This document shows positions 56,685 through 64,000 of a DNA stretch of 64,000 bases, in pieces. The notes under the pieces were generated by a model. It saw only the letters and a program-made list of their open reading frames with translations. It was not told the DNA's origin and searched no databases. The position numbers and the translations under genes were made by a program. This stretch comes from an uncultured Gemmatimonadales bacterium (lineage in GTDB: Bacteria; Gemmatimonadota; Gemmatimonadetes; Longimicrobiales; Gaopeijiaceae). The stretch lies in NCBI GenBank assembly GCA_963823035.1, contig CAWGKG010000020.1, positions 256,001 to 320,000 of the forward strand, read 5' to 3'. Numbering within the stretch: the stretch's first letter is position 1; each line of letters opens with the position of its first letter.

Positions 56685-58791
56685 ATGGCGAACCGAGCGA
56701 GTCGTTCCGTGTTGACGTGTCTCGTGCTCCTGGCGGCATCCGCATGCTCGGCCACCGAGCCGTCCGCCGCCACGGCGGGCTACGAGCCCAGCACGGCGAA
56801 GGGCGACTGGCCGCTGTACACCGCCGACCTGCACGGCACCAAGTACTCACCGCTGGACCAGATCGACGCCAGCAACTTCGAGGACCTCGAGGTCGCGTGG
56901 TCCTTCAAGACCGACAATCTCGGCAACCGCCCGGAGTACAAGCTGGAGGGCACGCCGCTCGCGGTGAACGGCATCCTCTACACCACCGCCGGGACGCGCC
57001 GCGCCGCCATCGCCCTGGACGGCGCCACCGGCGAGCTGATCTGGATGTACAGCATGCGTGAGGGGAAGCGGGGTGGATACGCGCCGCGCCAGCTTTCCGG
57101 CCGCGGGCTGTCCTACTGGACGGACGGGCGCGGCGATGAGCGGGTGCTCTACGTGACACCGGGCTATCGCCTGGTGTGCCTGGACGCGAAGACCGGCGAG
57201 CCGATCGACGCTTTCGGGGACCACGGTGTGGTCGACCTCAAGGTCGGCGTCATCAAGGGGGACGGTGAGCAGATCGACCTCGAGACCGGGGAGGTCGGGC
57301 TGCATTCGACGCCGACCGTCGCGGGCGACGTGATCCTCGTCGGCTCGGCGATGGCCGAGGGCTTCACCGTGCCGACCTCCAACAACTCGAAGGGTGTGGT
57401 GCGCGCCTTCGACGTGCGCACCGGGAAGATGGTCTGGCGCTTCAACACGATCCCCGGCCCCGGCGAGTTCGGCAACGACACCTGGGAGGACGGCTCCTGG
57501 GCGCGGAACGGCAACACGGGCGTGTGGACGCAGATGACCGTCGACGAGGACGCGGGCATCGCCTACCTCCCGGTCGAGTCGCCCACCTCGGACTTCTACG
57601 GCGGGGCGCGGCCGGGCGACAACCTCTTCGGCGAGAGCCTGGTGGCCGTCGACCTGAAGACCGGCGAGCGGAAGTGGCACTTCCAGTTCGTACACCACCC
57701 CGATCTGGGATCACGACATGTCTTCCGCGCCGCTCATCGCCGACGTCGACATCGACGGGCGCGTGCGCAAGGTGGTCGCCGTGCCGAGCAAGCAGAGCTT
57801 CCTCTACGTCTTCGATCGGATCACGGGCGAGCCGATCTGGCCGATCGAGGAGACGCCGATGCCGATGAGCGAGGTGCCCGGCGAGAAGACGTCGCCGACG
57901 CAGCCCATCCCCTCGAAGCCGCCGGCCTACGCGCGCAACTACCTCAAGGTCCCGGACGACGTCATCGACTTCACGCCGGCCATGCGCTCCGAGGGGCTCG
58001 AGATCCTGAAGCGCTACAGGACCGGGCCCGATCTACAACCCGCCCGTGGCCGGGAGCGTGGACGGCGTGCTCGGCGTCGATCCTCGTCGGCAACGCGTCC
58101 GGCGGGACGAACTGGCCGGGCGGCGGGATGGACCCGGAGACCGGCATCGTCTACGCGCAGGCGGCCAACTCCTTCGTCTCCGGCGCCTCGGTCACGGAGC
58201 CCCCGAGGGCTTCTCCGACCTGGACTACCTGTACGGGTTGAAGGGACAGACCTTCCGCCTCTACCACGCGGCCGGCACCGGCCAGAACCCCGACGCCCCC
58301 GAGCCACCGCGCTTCGTCGGGCGATCAGGTGCAGAGCGACGGCGCCGATCCCGCGCCTCGAGGTCGACGGCCTCCCGATCGTGAAGCCGCCGTACGGCCT
58401 ACTGGCGGCCATCGACCTGCATCGGGGCGAGCTGCTCTGGCAGGTACCGCACGGCGACACCCCGGACGAGGTGCGCAACCATCCGGCCCTCAGGGGTAGG
58501 AACATCCCGAAGACCGGCCAGCGCGGAAGCGTCGGCCTGGTGGTGACGAAGACGCTCGTGGTGCTCGGCGATCCGCAGGTGACCACCACGGACGAGCACC
58601 CGCGCGGCGCGATGCTCCGGGCGTACGACAAGCAGAGCGGCGAGGAGGTCGGCGCCGTGTGGATGCCGGCGGCCCAGAGCGGTTCGCCCATGACCTACCT
58701 GGCGGGCGGACGGCAGTACATCGTGGTCGCGGTGAGCGGCGGACCGTACTCGGGTGAGTATCTCGCCTTCGCGCTGCCCAACACCAACTGA
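56685..58791 (+). CDS. PQQ-dependent glucose/quinate dehydrogenase-family lipoprotein (frameshifted)
   Basis: DWPLY...YSPLDQI, EGTPL, RGLSYW, VRAFDVRTGK, GDNLFGESLVAVD, WHFQFVHH, KPPYG, GSPMTY. Confidence 0.9.
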
Positions 58792-58807
58792 GACCGCTGG
58801 AACACCC

Positions 58808-59251
58808 GTGACGAAGACCCTCCTGTCCATCGCGGCGGTGGCCCTCGCCCTCGTAGCGCTCCATCCGGGGGAGGGCGCCGCTCAGGCGCCCTCCCGCTCC
58901 ACCTGGGACGGCGTCTACTCGCCCGAGCAGGCCGCGCGAGGCGGCGAGCTCTACATGGGCACGTGCGCCCAATGCCACGGGCCGCAGATGGGCGGGATCG
59001 ACGCCGCCCCGGCGCTCAGGGGCGGGGGGTTCGCCTCGAACTGGAACGGCGTGACGCTCGGTGACATGGTCGAGCGCATCCGCGTCTCCATGCCGCAGAA
59101 CAGCCCGGGGTCGATGTCCCGACAGCAGGTGGCGGACGTGCTCGCCTACATCCTGCGCGCGAACGGCTTCCCGCCCGGGGACAAGGCGCTGCCCCGCCAG
59201 ACCGCGTTCCTCAAGATGATCGCGTACGAGGCGTACCGGCGGGGAGGGTGA
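58808..59251 (+). CDS. monoheme cytochrome c
   Basis: Signal peptide; STWDGVYSPEQAARG, CAQCH, SMPQNSPG. Confidence 0.9.
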   Translation: MTKTLLSIAAVALALVALHPGEGAAQAPSRSTWDGVYSPEQAARGGELYMGTCAQCHGPQMGGIDAAPALRGGGFASNWNGVTLGDMVERIRVSMPQNSPGSMSRQQVADVLAYILRANGFPPGDKALPRQTAFLKMIAYEAYRRGG

Positions 59252-59297
59252 GGGTCCGCCACCGGCATCGCCCGCGGACGCAGGGCTCCTCGGGCTC

Positions 59298-60359
59298 CTA
59301 CCCTTCGACCTGGCTCTTCAGGTACTTCTCGCCGAAGTCGACGCGCAGCTCGACCCACATCGGCAGGTGGTCCGACATCTGGTAGGTGCGCCACTGGCGG
59401 TAGTAGTCGCCCGGATCCTCGCGCGGCGTGCCCCGGCTGGTGATGGTGTACGCCTCGCCCATCTGCGGGACGTACATCTCTTCGTCCTCGTCCCGGAAGA
59501 CGCACTGGTAGAAGTCGAACACCCCCGCTGCGCTGCACTCCACGGCCGCGCGCGCGTGCGTCGAGAAGGCGATCTGGTCGTAGAAGCGGTCCTTGCGGAC
59601 GTTGCTCCCCGGAATGTCCTGCAACGCGGCGGGGACCTCGAAGCTCGCGTCCACGATGGCGCGGTAGGTGAGGTCGTTGCGCGCGTAGATGTTGAAGTCG
59701 CCGAGCAGCACGAGGTTGGGTGACCAGGCCTCGGGGTGGTTCGCCCGGTCGCGGAGGAACCGCGCCACCGAGGAGATCTCCTGGACGCGCTCCGGCGGCT
59801 CGGCCTTGTTCTTCCCGTACAGGATGTGGACGGTCGAGAGCATGAACTTGAACCACCCGGCCTGGAAGGCGGCGAGGTACGGGGTCCGGTAGAGCTGGTC
59901 CACGGGCTTCGTGACCCGGCTCCCGTCCGGCTCGACGACCGTCACCGGCGGTAGCACGATCTCTCCGGCCAACCCCGCGAAGCGGACCTTGCGCCCGTCG
60001 TAGAGGAAGGCCATGCGCTCGCGGTTGCCGCGCGTCCCCTCGGTCACGTCCGTGACGAGGTACTTCCACCAGTAGCCCAGTTGGCGCTGCAGGCGCTCGA
60101 GGGCGGAGAGGTCGCTTCGCACCTCCTGGATGGCCACCAGGTCGAAGTGGGAGACGATCTCCGCGAGGTAGAAGAAGGCGTCGTCGCCGCGCACGCCGTA
60201 CTTGGTGGAATCGAACTCGCGGATGTTCCATGTCGCGAGCAGCAGCGTCTCCTCGCGTGTGCGCACCGGGAGCTCCGCGAGCTTCTCGCGCAGGCGGAGG
60301 AGCCCTGCGGCGATCCGCTGGCCGTCGGGGCCCTTCGGCATCCTGTAGTAGAACGGCAT
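59298..60359 (-). CDS. endonuclease/exonuclease/phosphatase family protein
   Basis: LATWNIREF, DLVAIQEV, LLGDFNI, YDQI, MSDHLP. Confidence 0.9.
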   Translation of the reverse strand: MPFYYRMPKGPDGQRIAAGLLRLREKLAELPVRTREETLLLATWNIREFDSTKYGVRGDDAFFYLAEIVSHFDLVAIQEVRSDLSALERLQRQLGYWWKYLVTDVTEGTRGNRERMAFLYDGRKVRFAGLAGEIVLPPVTVVEPDGSRVTKPVDQLYRTPYLAAFQAGWFKFMLSTVHILYGKNKAEPPERVQEISSVARFLRDRANHPEAWSPNLVLLGDFNIYARNDLTYRAIVDASFEVPAALQDIPGSNVRKDRFYDQIAFSTHARAAVECSAAGVFDFYQCVFRDEDEEMYVPQMGEAYTITSRGTPREDPGDYYRQWRTYQMSDHLPMWVELRVDFGEKYLKSQVEG

Positions 60360-60375
60360 CGCTAGCGCACCCCTG

Positions 60376-61560
60376 CTACCGGGACGGCCATACCACGCCC
60401 TGGTTCTCCGCCGTCACGTCGCCCAGCCCCCTGTAGACGAACTTCTGCACCCGCTTCCCCTCGTAGGTCTCCGTCGTGTAGACGTTGCCCTGGGAGTCGG
60501 TGGCGATGGAATGCACCGCGAAGAACTGCCCGGGCTGGCGCCCACCGTCGCCGAACGACGTGATGACCCGGAGCGACTGGCGGTCGATGACGTAGATCTT
60601 CTCGTTCTTGCCGTCGGCGAGGTAGATGAACTTCTGCTCGGGATCGCGGGAGAACGCGATGTCCCACACCGAGCCGTCGCCGAGCGTCTTGGGCGCGATG
60701 CGCACCTCCTTCACGAAGGTGCCGTCCTTCTGGAAGACCTGGATCCGGTCGTTGGGTCGATCGCACACGTAGATGAGGCCGTCGTTGGACGGCATCGCGC
60801 AGTGCACCGGGTTGCGGAACTGCTGCGCCAGCGGCGCGTCCGGGTCGTAGCGGCCCAGGTCGGCGTCGTCGGGCTCGTTGCCGTACGCGCCCCAGTACCG
60901 TTTGACCGCGCCGGTCTCCATGTCGAGCACCGCGACGCGCTTGTTGCCGTAGCCGTCGGCCACGTACGCCTCGTGCGCGTCGTAGTCGAAGTTGATCTTC
61001 GCGACCCGCCCGAAGTGCTCGGTGCTCCGGCTGTCGACGGCCTGGTTCGCCTGCCCGATCTGCATCAGGAATTGGCCGTCGTGCGTGAACTTCAGGATGT
61101 GCGAGTCGGTCGGCCCGTTCCCGCCGATCCACACGTTGTCCATGTCGTCGAGCGTGAGGCCGTGATTGGACGCAGGCCAATCGTAGCCCTCTCCCGGGCC
61201 GCCCCAGGCGTTCACGAGGTTGCCGTCGGGGTCGAACTCGAGGATCGGCGGGGCAGGGACGCAGCACTCGCCCGTCGGCGGGTCGGTGGCGGCGCCCATC
61301 TCGGTGCGTGCGTTCAGCGTGCCGGCGCCGCGATGGATGATGAAGACGTGGTCGCGCGAATCGACGCCCACGCCGATCGTCGAGCCGAGGATCCAGTGGT
61401 TGGGCAGCGGCTTCGGCCAGAGGGGATCGACCTCGAACACCGGCACGGTTCCGGTCGCGGACGCGGCTTCGGCCGCGGACTTCTCCATGGCGCAGGACGC
61501 CAGGCCGAAGGCGGCGGCGAAGGCCGCCAGGAAGCCGGCGAGGATCAGGTTCCGCTTCAT
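60376..61560 (-). CDS. NHL-repeat beta-propeller lipoprotein
   Basis: LASC lipobox; FEVDPLWPKPLP, YVADGYGNKRV, YVCDRPNDRIQVF, HSIATDSQGNVY. Confidence 0.85.
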   Translation of the reverse strand: MKRNLILAGFLAAFAAAFGLASCAMEKSAAEAASATGTVPVFEVDPLWPKPLPNHWILGSTIGVGVDSRDHVFIIHRGAGTLNARTEMGAATDPPTGECCVPAPPILEFDPDGNLVNAWGGPGEGYDWPASNHGLTLDDMDNVWIGGNGPTDSHILKFTHDGQFLMQIGQANQAVDSRSTEHFGRVAKINFDYDAHEAYVADGYGNKRVAVLDMETGAVKRYWGAYGNEPDDADLGRYDPDAPLAQQFRNPVHCAMPSNDGLIYVCDRPNDRIQVFQKDGTFVKEVRIAPKTLGDGSVWDIAFSRDPEQKFIYLADGKNEKIYVIDRQSLRVITSFGDGGRQPGQFFAVHSIATDSQGNVYTTETYEGKRVQKFVYRGLGDVTAENQGVVWPSR

Positions 61561-61740
61561 CTCGTTCTCCTGTCCAGGGAGGGTGATCGGACCGTGGAGC
61601 GGACCGTGCCGCGGGGGCCGACGCGAAGCGCTCCGCGTTTGCGTGGTGGCGGAGGGCGTGGCATTGTCCCGCGTTTCCGGACCCCGAGGACCGACATCCT
61701 ACGGGCGCCGCCGGAATCCGTCCAGTTGAGGTTCATCGGC

Positions 61741-63099
61741 ATGAGGGCTCACCTCCGCGTCCACGTCATGGCCCGAGCGGGTATCGCGGCCGCCGCGCTG
61801 CTCGGCGCGCTGCCGCGCCCGGGCGTCGCGCACGAGGTCCCGGCGGGCGTCGCGGTCCAGGCGTACGTGAGGCCCGCGGGGCGGACGCTGCGCCTGCTCG
61901 TACGCGTGCCCCTGGAGGCGATGCGCGACGTGGACTTCCCCATGCGCGGGCCCGGCTACCTGGTGCTGGACAGCGTGGCGCCCTACCTGCGCGAGGCGGC
62001 GCGCCTCTGGATCGCGGACTACGTCCAGCTCTACGAGGGGGACGTCGCGCTGGGCGCGGAGGAGCTCGTGGCCGCGCGCGTGTCCCTCCCTTCCGACCGC
62101 TCCTTCACGAGCTGGGAGGGCGCACTCGCGCACGTGACCGGGCCGCCCCTGGCGGCGGACACGCAGATCATCTGGAAGCAGGCCCTGCTCGACGTGCTCT
62201 TCGAGGTGCCGATCACGTCCGAGACGTCGCGCTTCTCGATCGACCCCGCGCTGGCGCACCTCGGCGTCGAGACCGTCTCGGTCATCCACTTCCTTCCCCC
62301 GACCGGCGGCGAGCGCGTCTTCGCGTACCGTGGCAACCCCGGCGTCGTGCGCCTCGACCCGCGTTGGTCGCAGGCCGCGCTCCGCTTCGTCCGCCTCGGC
62401 TTCCTGCACATCCTCGACGGGATCGACCACCTCCTCTTCATCCTCTGTCTGGTCATCCCCTTCCGGCGGCTGCGCGGCCTCCTGCCGGTCGTCACCGCCT
62501 TCACGGTGGCCCACTCCATCACGCTGATCGCCTCCGCGGCCGGGCTGGCCCCGAGCGCGCTCTGGTTTCCGCCGCTCATCGAGACGCTCATCGCGGCCTC
62601 GATCGTGGTCATGGCGCTGGAGAACATCGTCGGCGCTCGCCAGGATCGCCGGTGGATCATCGCGTTCGTGTTCGGCCTGGTGCACGGGTTCGGCTTCAGC
62701 TTCGCGCTCCGCGAGTCGCTGCAGTTCGCCGGCACCCACCTCCTCTCGGCGCTCCTGTCGTTCAACGTCGGCGTGGAGCTCGGCCAGATCTTCGTGCTCC
62801 TGTTGGCCATCCCGGTGCTCGACTGGCTGTTCCGGCGCGTGGTGGCCGAGCGCATGGGCACGATCATCCTCTCCGCGCTGATCGCCCATACAGCGTGGCA
62901 CTGGATGACGGCCCGGGGATCTCGTCTCCTGCAGTACGACTTCAACCCGCCGGCGGTGAGTCCGGCTCTGCTCGTCCTCGCGATGCGGTGGGGGATGCTC
63001 CTGCTGATCTGCGTGGGCGCGGCGTGGGCGCTGTCGGGCCTCGTTCGACGGCTCCGGGAGCGTCCCCGTGCCGAGGCTCTTGATCCTCACGCCACGTGA
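61741..63099 (+). CDS. HupE/UreJ-family membrane protein with N-terminal periplasmic domain
   Basis: AHE signal cleavage; LGFLHILDGIDHLLF, TAFTVAHSITL, FGLVHGFGF, FNVGVELGQ. Confidence 0.9.
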   Translation: MRAHLRVHVMARAGIAAAALLGALPRPGVAHEVPAGVAVQAYVRPAGRTLRLLVRVPLEAMRDVDFPMRGPGYLVLDSVAPYLREAARLWIADYVQLYEGDVALGAEELVAARVSLPSDRSFTSWEGALAHVTGPPLAADTQIIWKQALLDVLFEVPITSETSRFSIDPALAHLGVETVSVIHFLPPTGGERVFAYRGNPGVVRLDPRWSQAALRFVRLGFLHILDGIDHLLFILCLVIPFRRLRGLLPVVTAFTVAHSITLIASAAGLAPSALWFPPLIETLIAASIVVMALENIVGARQDRRWIIAFVFGLVHGFGFSFALRESLQFAGTHLLSALLSFNVGVELGQIFVLLLAIPVLDWLFRRVVAERMGTIILSALIAHTAWHWMTARGSRLLQYDFNPPAVSPALLVLAMRWGMLLLICVGAAWALSGLVRRLRERPRAEALDPHAT

Positions 63100-63151
63100 G
63101 GTTCTAGGCTTATACCAGCAGGCATCGCAATGACCGAGAGGAGACGACACG

Positions 63152-63547
63152 ATGGGCGATAGCAACCACGCCGCGTGGGACGCGGAGGCGAAGGAGCGCT
63201 GGGGCGAGACGGACGCCTACAAGGAGTCGACACGCCGCACGCGCAAGTACGGTGAGGACGACTGGGCCAGGATCAAGGCCGCCCAGGAGGGCATCGAGGC
63301 CGGCCTGGCCGACGCCATGGCGTCCGGCGACCCCGCCGACGGCGAACGAGCCACGCACCTCGCCGAGCAGGCGCGCCTCCACATCGACCGGTGGTTCTAC
63401 CCGTGCAGTCACCGGATGCACGTGGGGCTGGCCGACATGTACACGGCCGACCCCCGCTTCAAGGCCCACTACGACGACCGCGCGCCCGGGCTGGCCGACT
63501 ACGTGGCCGCGGCGATCCGGGCGAACGCGGCAGCCTCCTCGCGCTGA
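63152..63547 (+). CDS. stand-alone TipAS antibiotic-recognition domain protein
   Basis: EAKERWGETDAYKES, HIDRWFYPC, GLADMYTADPRF...PGLADY; no MerR HTH. Confidence 0.88.
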   Translation: MGDSNHAAWDAEAKERWGETDAYKESTRRTRKYGEDDWARIKAAQEGIEAGLADAMASGDPADGERATHLAEQARLHIDRWFYPCSHRMHVGLADMYTADPRFKAHYDDRAPGLADYVAAAIRANAAASSR

Positions 63548-63569
63548 TACCGAATCCCCTACAAGAAGA

Positions 63570-63638
63570 ACCTCTGCGTCCTCTGCGTCCTCTGTGGTGA
63601 ACTGCTCTTACCACAGAGGACGCAGAGGACGCAGAGGT
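63570..63638. repeat. REP-like 29-bp perfect inverted repeat built from 9-nt tandem units
   Basis: acctctgcgtcctctgcgtcctctgtggt / accacagaggacgcagaggacgcagaggt with an 11-nt loop. Confidence 0.85.
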
Positions 63639-63697
63639 CAAAGAAGGGGGGTGCCCGTCTCGACCCTCCCGGTGCCGCTACCCCCCGGCTGCTCCCC

Positions 63698-64000
63698 TCA
63701 GCGCTTCCGTACGTACTTCCTCACCGTCTGCGGCCCCACCTCCGCCCCGTAGATCGCGCCGGTCGCGTCGACCGCCACGCCCTCGGCGCCGCTCGTGGCG
63801 GAGTGGTCCGGGTCGGGCTCGGGGTCGGGGATGAAGGCGGTCACCCAGCCGTCCTTCACGCTGCCGATGTAGATCCCGCGCCGCCAACCGGGGTGGCGCG
63901 CCGTGTTCGACTCGGAGTCCGTCGCGTAGAGGACGTCGTTCCCGTCGATGAACAGCCCGCTCGGCCGCCCGAACTGCGTCCAGGTCGCCAGGTGCTTGCC
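63698..64000 (-). CDS. NHL-repeat protein, C-terminal part (5' end outside window)
   Basis: Manual translation WTQFGRPSGLFIDGNDVLYATDSES...GIYIGS...GAEGVAVDATGAIYGAEVG...RKR*. Confidence 0.8.
   Translation of the reverse strand, partial: GKHLATWTQFGRPSGLFIDGNDVLYATDSESNTARHPGWRRGIYIGSVKDGWVTAFIPDPEPDPDHSATSGAEGVAVDATGAIYGAEVGPQTVRKYVRKR

Noticed and set aside
59298..60359. EEP nuclease as part of a defence island
   Set aside because: No neighbouring defence, restriction or mobility genes.
63570..63638. CRISPR array
   Set aside because: Short tandem units in inverted orientation, no unique spacers, no cas genes.

Overview
High-GC bacterial chromosomal DNA. The gene content (PadR-ADOP permease pairs, VPS10/BNR propeller, NHL proteins, HupE/UreJ, PQQ dehydrogenase) suggests Gemmatimonadota or a similar soil/sediment lineage; this is inference. 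Many ordinary genes carry 1-nt frameshifts, most likely long-read consensus indel errors, so coordinates of frameshifted genes are approximate. About 50 CDS were recognised; no rRNA, tRNA, CRISPR array or transposase was seen. Main points of interest: (1) a ~380-nt highly structured, terminator-bounded intergenic region at ~6570-6945 that I could not assign to a known RNA family; (2) an exported peroxiredoxin with in-frame UGA at the catalytic Cys followed by a SECIS-like hairpin, convergent with ccdA-tlpA; (3) a module of heme-c sensor kinase, NtrC-type activator, sigma-54 promoter, membrane-anchored receiver and a 15-heme CbcL-like cytochrome bc protein; (4) a Ku plus MerR-HTH/TPR gene pair with a GAAC-N4-GTTC LexA-type box and no adjacent ligD; (5) a translationally coupled operon of BNR protein, secreted arginase-like protein, APC transporter and amidinotransferase; (6) further cytochrome clusters and several candidate operators.
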